NCBI RefSeq assembly: GCF_009914755.1
Contig: NC_060932.1
DNA length: 64,000 bases
DNA from: the human T2T-CHM13v2.0 reference genome, Homo sapiens
Reading direction: 5' to 3' (one strand)
In this document: piece by piece, positions 12,639-25,800 of the stretch
Layout: every line of letters begins with the position of its first letter
How positions within the stretch are numbered: the first letter of the stretch is position 1
Program-made: the position numbers and the translations under genes
Notes under the pieces: generated by a model
Databases searched by the model: none
The model's input: only the letters and a program-made list of their open reading frames with translations
What the model was told of the DNA's origin: nothing

Positions 12639-15600
12639 TGACAAATAACCAAAATAAATTTATAAGGAAATGATACCTAAAGTTATCGTAGGCAAATGTT
12701 CCCTGATGTTTTTTCTTTTCTGTTTTATCTATTTTATTCTACTTCTATCCCTTCTGTTTTATGTAAAATATAATGCTTGTTGAGAATTACCAAATTGGAT
12801 TCAAGATCTACTCATTGGTCACAACAGGCATTTTAAAGTGAATGAAAAGCGAGACCAATACCAGACCCTTGCTTAACACATATTGCTAAGCAGCAACCAA
12901 TCCAGTTCTTTCCATGCAGATAGACAGCTGTTATTCCAGAAACAGGAAAGCCTCCTTCTGAATAATGGCACTCAATAGCATGTCAGAATGTCTGTGGCTA
13001 CCAGTGGCACATTTCTGTCCTAAAGACCAGACTGTCTTAGAACTCTGCACTCTTCCAGCTATAAGTAAGGGATAGTTCCAGTTTATGCCTGCTCTCCCAA
13101 AGTTCTATCCAGTTTAGCCCTTGTTCCATGTTTTTCATTTTAAATATTTATAATTAGTAGGCATTTTATGTTATTATTAATAGTTGCAATAGAGTGGTCT
13201 GGGACGACATGATAATACAAAGAATAGGATTCTCCAATAAGACTCACATCAATCTGAGATTTTTATATAGCATACAGATACTCAACAATTTTAAGGATAT
13301 AAGCAATTGCAAATCACTGGCACAGCAGGAATGGTCCAGGTCTTCCAAGGCAGCTTCCCAGGTCCTTTCTTGCTATATAGCAGAATGCACTCTGGGGTCA
13401 AATATGCAGTCTCTAAGTGATGTGTGAGGTCATATCACGCAGAAGGAACCATTTTGGTCAGGAAACACCTTCCATTCATCCTTATATAATTACATATCTT
13501 CTGTAACATTTCTCAGGAAGCCATATCCCATAAATCAATAGTTTCCAGGTTTGCTTACCATAAGCAATTCTAGATAGATAAGACACATCCTGCTAAAAGC
13601 ATTCCAAAGATAAGGACTTTCCAGCAAAAAACATTATTTTGTTTGCCAGTAGGGCTACATTACCATGTTTACAAGGAAATGTTTCAGGGTCAACCTCTTT
13701 CTCTCTTGGGCATGCCTGCCCCTGCGTAAGAGAAAATATAGATTGCAGACCAAAATATTAACCATTTACTTCCCAGATGTCCTTGATGGGCTTCCATTTT
13801 TTATATCCAGGTTCTTCCAGAGTCTTGTCTAATGACCTGTGAGATGTGTGCATCGTAACGGAGCTCTCAGTTTAACACTATGTTAAATAGGAAAGCCTGC
13901 AAAAGAAATAACTGGGCTCTCTTTTCTTGATGTTTTCTAGGTTTAGCATTACTAATACTTCTCTTTCAAGAATGGCTGATGACGTGCTCTGCAACTGAAA
14001 AGGCTAGGAAAAGCTAAAACCTTCTGGTCTTCAGTGGGGGTGGAAAAGTGTTCAATGCTACTACACCTTCTAGCTATTTGGTGTACTTGTGCTGTGACCC
14101 ATGCCAACTCTCTGATATGCACAAAACTGCCGTATGTCTTGTTTTTGGTGTCAGTGGGAAACGTGTCACGTTTATAAGGAATAAATGCTGAGCAGACCTA
14201 CTTTAGATTGTATACAACACAAACTGTACATCTTGCTACAGATGTTTGGTCATGTATTCCATGGTTACAATCTAAAATTTATTTCATTCTTCACTAAAAT
14301 TTATTTTGCAATTAGTTTTTGGTACCAATAGGAGCCTAAAAACTATATATTTAATTTTTAACAAATATAAACTTTTTACTTCTGAAGAAAATTGATATGT
14401 AATTTGCCTAATTTTTTGTCATCATTTAATACATTTAACATGCACTAAGAGATGGGGGTTGGAGTAGCAGGACACAGTGACATCACAGAACACATGAAGA
14501 CAAGATTAACTGAAGAAGCATTAATGTCTAATTGAAAAGTTAGTGAATGTTTTGAGATTATCTTTTAAGGTGAGAATTTAAGTACTACTGAAGAATTCAT
14601 ATTTAATAATACTCTGTGAAGCAGAATTTTCATTTAGATCAAATGATAGCTTTTTTAATTAATTTTGCTCATTTACTTATGCATGTACAAATTATAAAGC
14701 AATTGCTATTAATTTGATGGCTTCATTAGCAAAAAAATGAGCATAAACATTTAGATGATACAAATTTTATATTACTTTCATTAGATGTTTCAAAGAGAAA
14801 ATCTATTTAATTCCAAAAATTGGCATTTTTTCATTCAATTAATTAGATCAAATAAACCTTTTAGAATTTCATTTCATTTAAAGTAAATGTCTAATATTAT
14901 TGTAAATATGTTTCTGTAATAGTTACAAAGTTTATCATTGAAGATAAAATTGTTTTTCAATGATAATATAAACACAAAACTTGGTAAATTCAGCTTCATG
15001 CATAAAGATATTATTAATAAATGAAATGTACATGAAGGTCCTAATTATATGTTAAAAATCTGAAATATTCCACCAATATAAATAGAAACCATGGTGTCAA
15101 AATTGTACATATTTTTTATCTGTATACTCACAGTGACTAAACTACAGAACTAAACTACAAATGAAGCTGATACTGAATGCAAAAAAATTTCAGAAAGAGT
15201 ATTTTGCTAGAATTTTCTCTCTGCTGTTTTGTCAACAATTAGAAAATACACATAGCTGAGCCTTTGAGATGTTATCTTGTAGGTCAAAAGTGCCCTATGA
15301 ATTATTAAATTTTTATGAGTCTTCTAAATTTTAGTTTCATTTGTTCAAATTAAGTTGGAAATTTGTAATCAAACTATCTGCAAAGAGGGTAGCAAAAATT
15401 TTATAACACTCCATTTTTGAAGGTTTGAGCAAACTTTCTTGAAAACACATTTGAAAATAGACTTTTAGAAAACTTTTTCAAAAATATTAAAATTTTAGAT
15501 TTATCAAGAAGCAAGAAATTGAATAAATTAAATAAGTTCTGAAATAGTATAAATTAATCATGAAATTCTATAATCGCTTTGGAATAGTTTGATTCTTAGG

Positions 15601-15647
15601 AAGAAAATTTGAGGGAACTTCTATTTTTAAATGTATAAATTGATCAT

Positions 15648-16699
15648 TATCGGGGAACCACCCCCAATATTTCATGTAGGTTCTTTTCTATTTTGCCTAA
15701 GTGTCAGCCGGTCTGAGAAATAAAGGGAAAGAGTACAAAAGAGAAATTTTAAAGCTGGTTGTCCAGGGGAGACATCATATGTCAGCAGGTTCCATGATGT
15801 GCCCCAAGCTGCAAAACCAGCAAGTTTTTATTAGTGATTTTCAAAGGGGAGGGAGTGTACGAATAGGGTGTGGGTCACAGAGATCACCTGCTTCACAAGG
15901 CAAATGGGCACAGAGCAAGATCACAGGACTGGGGCAAAATTAAAATTGCTAATGAAGTTTCGGGCACGCATTGTCATTGATAACATCTTATCAGAAGACA
16001 GGGTTTGAGAGCAGACAACCGGTCTGACTAAAATTTACTAGGCGGGAATTTCCTCATCCTAATAGGCCTGGGAGCATTACAGGAGACCGGGGCTTATTTC
16101 ATCCCTTATCAGCAACTGTATAAGACAGACATTCCCAGAGTGGCCATTTTAGAGACCTCCCCCTAGGACGCATTCTCTTTCTCAGGGCTGTTCCTTGCTG
16201 AGAGAAAAAATTGAGTGATATTTCTCCTATTCGCTTTGTAAGAAGAGAAATATGGCTCTGTTCCGCCTGGCTCTCAGGCAGTCAGACCTAACGGTTATCT
16301 CCCTTGTTCCCTGAACATCGCTGTTATCCTGTTCTTTTTTCAAGATGCCCAGATTTCATATTGTTTAAACACACATGCTTTAGGAACAATTTGTGCAGTT
16401 AACACAATCATCACAGGGTCCTGAGTCGACATACATCCTCAGCTTAGGAAGATGACAGGATTAAGAGATTAAAGTAAAGACAAGCATAGGAAATCACAAG
16501 AGTATTGATTGGGGAAGTGATAAATGTCCATGAAATCTTCACAATTTATGTTCAGAGATTGCAGTAGAGACAGGTGTAAGAAATTATAAAAGTATTAATT
16601 TGGGGAACTAATAAATGTCCATGAAATCTTCACAATTTATGTTCTTCTGCCATGGCTTCAGCCAGTCCCTCCATTCTGGGTCCCTGACTTCCTGCAACA
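15648..16699 (-). mobile_element. MER11 solo LTR (HERV-K11/HML-8)
   Basis: Minus-strand termini tgttgcaggaagtcagggaccc...ggttccccgata; ~1.05 kb; 6-bp TSD gatcat/aatcat. Confidence 0.92.
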
Positions 16700-18050
16700 A
16701 ATCATCTATACTAAAAATGTGTAAAATTGATGAAATCTGTAATTTTTCAGCATATACTTTTGACAAAACATTCAAGAGAGTCACATATAGAGAAAGCATA
16801 TATAATGAAATCTTTTTTAAACAGGTCAAGAGCAAGTACTGAAAATGGTGACAAAAAGAGTATCTAGAAAAACATTTGATCTAATATTCAACATATTCAA
16901 TATAAAACAAAATTAAAATTGTGATATGTTATATTAGGCAGAATTTGTTGAGTTGACAAGGTACCTATGAAGAATTATTTTCTCAATTAGAAATATTATA
17001 GTTTACAAGGTAGGATCAATTGAAAATTCAACAATTTCAAATATGTTTATCATTTTTCCAATTTTATGAAAATATTAAAAAATCATGAGGTCAAATTGAA
17101 AAAACTACATTTATTATAAAAACAAAGGAAATTAGAGAAAAATACAACCAAGCAGTTGATCAAATAATATGAATATGTATGAAAGATAAGTATTCTACTT
17201 GTGTTAATTTTTAAAGTTCAAAAATCAGTAAAGATAAAGGATTTGGGCTATAGTGTACATGAATACGCAATCTTTTAAATTTTTATTAATAACTCTATTT
17301 TTAAAAATCAATTTAAATAGAGTGATTTAATAGGCCTACCAATAAAGAACAATTTGTTGGTTATCTAATATTTCAAAACAGTAGTATTTAATATTTTTAA
17401 AGCCCTTGTTCACTCTCAAAATTTACCAGTTGGAATATATATAGAATGTGCTTAAATGTGTTCATGCAGACTATTCTGTGAAAAATATGTTTCACTGTCA
17501 TAAAACACAATTATAGAGCTACCTTCCATATACTTTTTCTTGACAATTCATAATGCAGAGGAGTACAGCCATTGTTCTGGAAAGTCCTGCAGCAATTTGT
17601 TAAATTTGATATAATCAAGACGCTCCCAAATATATTTGACCACAGATATAATTACATCTAACACCTTTTAAACATTTCTAAAATCTGTGTTCTACAGAAC
17701 AAATTTTGGAAAACGTAAGAAGAGCATGATCTTTATCCACTCTGGCTGGTTATCTCACTGTCATATTTCATTTGCATCTTTGTACATTCCTGAGAAACTT
17801 ATCCAGCTATTACATTCACGTACTGAAAACTGCTCTCAGTAAGAAAAAAAGGTCCCAGAGAATAAAGATCTGTTAGTGATGAGTTATGTGGGAAATGTAG
17901 AAGGATATATCCATGTTATAAATAACAGCATAGAATCAAAGAGGTAGGATAAAATGACCAAATATCTTTAAACCAAATCATCTTTTAAATCAGATAAACA
18001 AAAATGAACTCCTCGAGCTCTCAGCAAGGCATGTCATGTTATTCTGTTGT

Positions 18051-18251
18051 AGTTTTTTGTTTGTTTGTTTCGAGACAGGATCTCGCTTTGTCACTCAGGC
18101 TGGAGTGCAGTGGTGCGATCACAGCCCAGTGCAGGCTCAAGTGATCTCCCCACCTCAGCCTCCTGAGGAGCTGGGACTACAGGTGCACATCCACCATGCC
18201 CCGCTAATTTTTAAATGTTTTTGTAGAGACAGTGTCTCCCTATGTTGCCCA
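18051..18251 (-). mobile_element. AluJ-like partial
   Basis: gagacaggatctcgctttgtcactcaggctggagtgcagtgg...ctatgttgccca. Confidence 0.88.
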
Positions 18252-19204
18252 CTTTTCTTCTAGTTTAAGCATTAATTTTTCAAAAAAATTGAACAAAACA
18301 CTTACATTTTCATACTATGATTTCCAGAGCAAAGAGGACCTGTTGCACTATTATTCAAAAATTTGTTTACACATTTTCTCCACTCTTACTTCTTTGGTTT
18401 ATTTTAGCTAAGTTCTCTGCTGGTAATAAAAGTCATCCTGAAGAAAGATACAAAGTCTAAAAGAGAACTAAGTTTTCTACAAAGTTTATAAAATGTAGCC
18501 ACATGTGCAGCACGTTAATATTATAGTGTAAATTCCTTTGAAGACATTGATAGGAAAAATGTGAGCTCTTACACATTATTCGGATAGAATATTTAATACT
18601 ACCACACTATAAGCTTTCTCCTAATAACAGAAAAAAGTATAAGCAAGTAAAATTCAATTTCTGTATTTGGCCAACTTGTAAAAATTATGTAATGTTTCCT
18701 GTATGTTCATATCTAATGCCCTAAAACTACTTCAACTTTATAAAATACAATTTCCCTATTAATAATTCCATTTCTTCCTATGTGTATTGGATTATCATCA
18801 TCTTGGTTTCTCTTTTCAAATGTAAATGCTCCAAAAGTCATAAAATATTAATTCATATTTATTATTCATTTATTCATTCATTCACTTTGCAGATAAAGCA
18901 ATGCAGATACAAAGGAAACGATGAAGTTTTAGATTATTATATGATGAGGAAGATAGACACTTTCACACTTAAATTCAATATTATCTGTTGTATTTGAGAT
19001 AGGTAACAAGTACCTTGGGATGACAGCAGAAGGAGCATATCCTTCCTTTATAAGTGAGTGCTAATTAAATATGTGGGTTTTAGTGAAAGATCACAGTCCA
19101 AGAAAGAAAACAAAATTATGAAAATGGTTGGCTGGTGTATCTGAGAAAACCATTCCTTTCAGTACTTCTACCAGTGAATCAATTGAGAGAAATGATAGAT
19201 CATT

Positions 19205-19640
19205 CCAAACTTCTGCATCTCAGAACCCTTCACACTTTTAAACTTATTGACCCCAAAAGGCTTTTGTTTGCTTGGATTATTTCCAATGATGCACTGGCTC
19301 CAGCTCACACTGGCACTCAAGAGTTGACTTTGTGAAACTTTTTCAAACTCTCTGTTCGCTGGCATCATATAGGTTGCTTGAAATTGACCATTGTGGGAGT
19401 GTTTACTCTAGTGAAAATCAGTGCACACTATAGATCAGGTTTTTTAAAATTATTTTTGGTCTGGATATTCTGTTTTTAGGCAGTTAAAACACAACAGTCG
19501 TTATTTTATTGATATTTAATGTATTAGAAATTAATACAAAACACTTTAAACACAGGAATACAAAGACACCTATTCCATTAGCCATCAAGAAAAAGATATC
19601 ATTATGTGTAATGTAACCTCTAAAAACTTCACTATACACT
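19205..19640. mobile_element. hAT-Charlie-type fragment hosting a MER63A-like insertion (~19285-19498)
   Basis: Host acccttcacacttttaaacttattgaccccaaaaggcttttgttt resumes at gatatttaatgtattagaaatt; insert has gcttgaaattgaccattgtgggagtgtttac. Confidence 0.55.
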
Positions 19641-20163
19641 CCCACATATGATAGTATAAAAGGCCAGTAACAAGTTAGTATTATAGACTATAGACCCTCT
19701 TTTGTCAACAGCTACTTCTGTCTTTGCCTGCTGAAGTTCCTAGAATTTGTTCTAATTTTATAAGCCTGGCTTGGGCATTATTTATTCCTCACACCCCTCT
19801 CATTGCTCTGAGGTCTCTACACTTTAATCTTCTTCTTAAAGGCTTCTTCTTCCATGCATGTCAACTAATAAAAATAAAATTTGTGGTGTACTGTCCTTCC
19901 ATGTCATCAGATGGGTTCAGACATTTCCAAATTTATTTCATGATAATCTAGTACTTGTATAACATTATTTACAGTTTCTTCAAAGTAAAATTAATTATGA
20001 AAATTAAATGAGACAACAGTTGTGGGGAGGGGAAAATCTCTAATAATGCCTGAAAAAGAATAGGCATCTAGCAAGTTAATTCTTTCAGTTTTCAAATAAC
20101 CAAATGCAATTTGCCAAGCTCAAAGCTAGGATCTGGGGCTACACAAATAAAGTATACAGAGTC

Positions 20164-20464
<301 letters not shown>

Positions 20465-21099
20465 AAATAAAGTATACAGAGTTCCTGCCTTCAAAAAAAT
20501 AGAAAGGGAAGGCAGGTGTTCGATTAAGTAATACAGAAAATTGTTGCAGATCATTTCAGTTGGGTTTTCCTGGTTTCCTCCATTCTCAATTATCCAAATT
20601 CAAACTGCCTTAACAATAATATATTATGTCAGTTTACATAATTAAAAGTCTAGAGGCATAACAGCATCCAGAATTTCTGTCGCAAATTGAACTTCTGTCC
20701 AAATTTTGTTATTCTCTTACTTCTGCCTTCTCTTGTGTGGCTACTTTGTCTTCAGATCATTGCCAGCAGCATATATCCTTTTTCAAATTCAGTGAGATAG
20801 GGAACCTAGTTCTTCATGTGTCTCCCTTGAAAATAAGAAAATTTATTTCTAAATGGTCCCCAGGGAAATCTTTTCTCAGTTTCAAAGTCCCAAAATTATT
20901 AGTCCAGTCTTTTCCTGGAAAAAAGACAGAGACTTTTATTTGGTGGCTTACACCTGTCAGGAGCCTCTCATTAATCTGGATCAATTCCCTTAATCACATT
21001 ACTGCTGCACAAAGAGGAGAGATTGAAGGTCCACTCACAGGTGCTATAATGGAACATTCCACTGGGTATAAGAGGAGTACAAAGAAGGGAATGCTAGTA

Positions 21100-22200
21100 G
21101 TAGTGTCTCTTGTCAATGAAAATAACTAATCCTTAGGGAGAAGTCTGAAGTGGATTAAGAAGGAGTGGGGATGTAACTATTTGCCAGGCAGACAAGGTAG
21201 GAAAAGGGACTTCAAGGATTATGGCAAGTAATGCAGGCAAACTCTGTGTTTGTAGATTTGCAAGTGGTCTGGAATACAGTACATGGTGGCATTTTTGCAG
21301 GCATTATAGCAGTTGAGGAGCCAGCAGTTTGACTGAATTAAATCATGAAAAGCCAGAGTTTGACTTTGGTCTGCAGAGCCATCAAGGATTTTCAGGGGAA
21401 TAGTAAGCACATTCATATTTTATATTCATCTCTGGTGACCCTGTGGAGAATGTACTAGAGGTTGCTATGGATATGGCTGTTTGTGTGTCCCTTCAAATTT
21501 ATATGTTGAAATCTAATCACTAATGTGATGGCATTAGGAGGTGGGGCCTTTAGGAGATGATTAGGTCATGAGAGTAGTGCCCTCGTGAATCAATACCCTT
21601 ATATAAGAGACCCCAGGAACCTTATTTGCCCCTCCCACTATGTAAGGACACAGCAAAAGGTGCCACCTATGAATCAGAGAGTAGGTCCTCACCAGACACC
21701 AAATCTGCTAGCACCTTGATTTTGAACTTCCTAGTCTCTGAAACTGTGAAAAGTAAATTTTGTATCAAGTGCAATAAAATAAGTAAGTGTTAGTAAAGTC
21801 CTGAACTAAGGCAACAGGTGCAGGGATAAAGTTGCTCATAGTATAGAACTTCAGGAAGTGGCAGCCTATATGATGTAGAAGGTAAGAGAAGAAAAAATTA
21901 AAGGAACCTGGAGATAAGGAGTGACATTATTCAATAGCATTTTGGGATCTGGAGACAAAAAAAGATTTAAGAGAGCCTTAATATTAGAGCAGGTGGAGTT
22001 TGGAGTGGCTGCCGCACATGTGGTGGAGCTAACCAGAAAGCCACTGAATTTAAGCCTCTGAAAGTGAGGAGAAGGGGTCTGGGATGTGCCTGAGCCATTT
22101 GTCTATAGGTATTAGTTAATGGTATTAAAGACAGATTGTTTAAAAATGCTGACATGTAAAGAGTGGAGAAAGGGAGAGGGGTCCACAAAGAAAACTGGGA
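21100..22200 (-). mobile_element. L2 fragments flanking a MaLR LTR
   Basis: gagccatcaaggattttcagggg...catctctggtgaccctgtggagaatg pattern; boundaries approximate. Confidence 0.55.
21463..21762 (+). mobile_element. MaLR LTR (MSTD/MLT1A-like)
   Basis: tgctatgg...aaatttatatgttgaaatctaa...ggaggtggggcctttaggag...ccagacaccaaatctgct. Confidence 0.85.
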
Positions 22201-22554
22201 AGAATTTTCAGAGATATAAGTACAAGTAATAAAATTAAAAGTGACCAACATTAATTTGGTTGTTAATGAAATTTCCATCGATATTTTCTTAATTGTATAA
22301 ATCAGAGAATTCAAGCTCAGAGGCAGATTATGCAAGCTCTCCCACTGTTAAACAATTCATTAGGGTAGTTTAGAGTAAACTACTTCTTTAAATAAGTTTA
22401 ATGTGTTATGTCTGGTTTAGAAGGTTATATGAATCAAAGTAACTAATTTTTATATTGTATCCTACACAATGAAGAGCACAAAACTAATTACTGTTTCATT
22501 TACTTTGCAGTCCTTTAAGTATGCAAGGCAAGAGATGGATAAAACCATCAGAAT

Positions 22555-22851
22555 GGCCAGGTTTGGTGGCTCATGCCTGTAATCCCAGTATTTTGGGAGG
22601 CCTAGACAGGCGGATCATGAGGTCAAGAGATCGAGACCATCCTGGTCAACATGTTGAAACCCCGGCTCTACTAGAATACAAAAAATTAGCCAGGTGTGGT
22701 GGTGCATGCCTGTAGTCCCAGCTACTCGGGAGGCTGAGGGAGAAGAATTGCTTGAACCGGGAGATAGAGGTTGCAGTGAGCTGAGATTGTGCCACTGCAC
22801 TCCAGCCTGGTGACAGAATGAGACTCTGTCTCAAAAAAAATAAAAATAAAA
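22555..22851 (+). mobile_element. Alu, AluSc-like
   Basis: ggtcaagagatcgagaccatcctgg and cagcctggtgacaga; TSD atcagaat. Confidence 0.95.
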
Positions 22852-24097
22852 ATCAGAATTCAGTAAACCTAGATATTTTAGTTCTTATAAAATTGTCAGA
22901 AGGTACTCTTTGAACTTACTTGTTGGACAATACACTCTAAGCTCTAGGGGAAAATTGAATCTTTCTTTCTAGTTCCACTATTCCTCTACCTTTAAGGCGA
23001 AGATATTTTTGCTACAGGACTATGCTAACTGGAAAAGGAATTTTAATGGAAATAAAAAAGGGGACTACAAATGGAATGGATCTTTAACAATTGTCTCCTC
23101 TGTGGTGGTGTGTTCTCTTTGTCCTTCATGAATCTTTCTTTAAGTGTGTTCTTTTTCTGCCATTGTGTCTGGTGAAGTTAGAGCAAGTTATACCACAGGT
23201 AGAACTAGTTGTGTTGTGCAGAGGAAGGGAGGCTCAGTGTGAGATATTTTAACTATTTTTCTTTAAGCTTTCTTATCCTGTGCTATCTTTGTTTTGTTCA
23301 TTTTATTTTATCTTACTATGTTTTGTAGTATTAACTAAAGTTTCTCACATATTACCTTTGATCTTCTGCAACATGATGAAGACATTCAGTGCTCACTGTT
23401 TCAAGTAACATACAATGCAAAGCAGAAATGAATCAATAACTATCATGTTTAATTTCAAAAAGCTATACTTCAAAATAGTGGGCAGAATTTGGGGACGAAG
23501 AGCAGAAAACCTCCTGCTTCCTACTGAAAGATCTTTGACAAGAAGCCCTGTGCTCTGTCTTCTTCAAAGTATGAAATCCTGGGGGTAAGGAGCAGACAAA
23601 TATAAAACCCTAAAAAGCTTAGGAAGAGTGAGGCAAACTTGTGCACACATCTCTTACCTGTTCAGGGCCTGAAAGAAAGAATCTAAAGGAGAAATGACCT
23701 CATCATGACATCTACTTAGATAAGAACAGAGACACAGCTCTGTCCCATGGGCTCCTCTGCCCCATGTGGCCCCTCTTCCCCATGTGTCCTGTGTTGCAGA
23801 AACAATAGAAGGACACACATGAGGGGCATGGAAGAGGCGAGAGGTTTTGGGCATTAGCACCCAGTTTCCTTCATGCAAGTGCTGCAGTAGAACAAGAGAG
23901 GGATATCCCCCATGTACACTAAAGTGGCATGAAGTGGTAGCTGAAAATAAATCCATGAATCTAAAAGTCCTATGCAGTTAGCCATGACCAGAGAGAATCA
24001 GCCAGAGATTAGGCTCAATCTATAAAGGTATATTATGATCTTAAGGATAAATTACCTCACTCCAGGACTGGCATTACCTAAGTTCCTTGGAACTTTA

Positions 24098-24511
24098 TTT
24101 TTTTTCCTTTGAACAAATTTCATTGTTTATTTTATTTTATTTTATTTTATTTTATTTTCCATAGGTTATTGGGGAACAAGTGATGTTTGGTAACTTACAT
24201 TAATAAATTCTTCAGTGGTAATTTGTGAGATTTTGGTGCACCCATTACCCGAGCAGTATTTACTATACCCTATTTGTAGTCTTTTACCCCTTGCCCCTTT
24301 TGCACCCTTTCTCTGCATCCACAAAGTCCATTGTGTCATTCTTATGCCTTTGCATCTTCATAGCTTAGCTCCCACTTATGAGTGAGAACATACAATGTTT
24401 GGTTTCCCATTCCTGAGTTACTTCACTTAGAATAATAGTCTCCAGTCTCATCCAGGTGCCATTAATTCATTCCTTTTTATGACTGTGTAGTGTGTATATA
24501 TATAAATATAC

Positions 24512-24553
<42 letters not shown>

Positions 24554-24737
24554 CACAGTTTCTTTACTTATTCATTGATTGATGGGTATTTGGGTTGGTT
24601 CCACATTTTTGCAATTGCGAATTGTGCTGCTATAAACATGCACGTGAAAGTATCTTTTTCGTATAATGACTTCTTTTTTTCTTGGTAGATACCCAGTAGT
24701 GGGACTCCTGGATCAAATGGTAGTTCTACTTTTAGTT
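24098..24737 (-). mobile_element. L1PB-like 3' end, 5'-truncated
   Basis: T-rich tail, ggggaacaagtgatgtttggt, gattttggtgcacccattacccgagcag; TSD ttc(c/t)ttggaacttta at 24083 and 24777. Confidence 0.88.
24493..24553. repeat. (TA)n(GA)n microsatellite inside the L1
   Basis: Direct reading. Confidence 0.95.
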
Positions 24738-24803
24738 AGCAGAGGGGGAAAGGGGAGGATGTGTGTATTTATCAGATTCTTTGGAACTTTAGATGCCACC
24801 TAG

Positions 24804-25800
24804 TGTTGCGGGAAGTTAGAGACCCCGAACGGAGGGACTGGCTGGAGCCACAGCAGAGGAACATAAATTATGAAGACTTCATTTTAATATGGACATTTAT
24901 CAGTTCCCAAATAATACTTTTATAATTTCTTATGCCTGTCTTTACTTTAATCTCTTAATCGTGTTATCTTCATAAGCTGAGGATGTAAGTCACCTCAGGA
25001 CCACTGTGATGATTGTGTTAACTATAGAAATTGATTGTAAAACATGAGTGTTTGAACAATATGAAATCAGTGCACCTTGAAAAAGAACATAATAACAACA
25101 ATTTTTAGGGAACAAGGGAAGACAACCATAATGTCTGACTGCCTGTGGGGTCTGGCAAAAAGAGCCATATTTTTCTTCTTGCAGAGAGCCTATAAACAGA
25201 CATGCGAGTAGGGAAGATATCACTAAATTCTTTTCCTAGCAAGGAAAATTAATATTAATACCCAGGGAGAGGAATGCCTTCCTGGGGGGAGGTCTGTCTT
25301 ATGCGGTTGAGATAAGGACTAACATACGCCCTGGTCTCCTGCATTACCCTCAGGCTTATTAGAGTGCAGAAAAACTCTACCCTGGTAAATTTGTGGTCAG
25401 ACCGATTCTCTGCTCTCAAACCCTGTTTTCTGTTGTTTAAGGTGTTTATCAAGACAATACGTGTACTGCTGAACATAGACCCTTATTAGTAGTGCTGCTT
25501 TTGCCCTTTGCCTTGTGATCTTTGTTGGACCCTTATCAGTAGTTCTCCTATTGGCCCTTTGAAGCTTGTGATCTACTCCCCGTTCTTACACCCCCTCCCC
25601 TTTTGAAACCCTTAATAAAAAACTTGCTGGTTTGAGGCTTAGGTGGGCATCAGGGCCCTACTGACATGTGATGTCACCGCCAGCAGCCCAGCTGTAAAAT
25701 TCCTCTCTTTGTACTCTTTCTCTTTATTTCTCAGCTGGCTGACACTTACGGAAAATAGAAAGAACCTACATTGAAATACTGGGGGTGGGTTCCCCCGATA
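24804..25800 (+). mobile_element. MER11 (MER11A-like) solo LTR, HML-8
   Basis: tgttgcgggaag...ggttcccccgata; aataaa near 25614; perfect 6-bp TSD acctag. Confidence 0.93.

Noticed and set aside
16480-16650. Direct repeat aaatgtccatgaaatcttcacaatttatgttc
   Set aside because: Also present in the MER11 copy at ~47.9 kb, so intrinsic to the LTR
14300-17420. Very AT-rich stretch flanking MER11, possibly a decayed DNA-transposon interior (TAERKF-like codons near 15220, minus strand)
   Set aside because: Motif too weak and no TIRs found; needs an HMM search
20737-21129. 130-aa ORF
   Set aside because: Non-ATG start, overlaps probable old MaLR sequence, no recognisable domain
23400-24090. Moderately GC-rich segment with short repeats (cccatgtg) and a 100-aa ORF
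   Set aside because: Probably an old LTR that I cannot assign; no coding evidence
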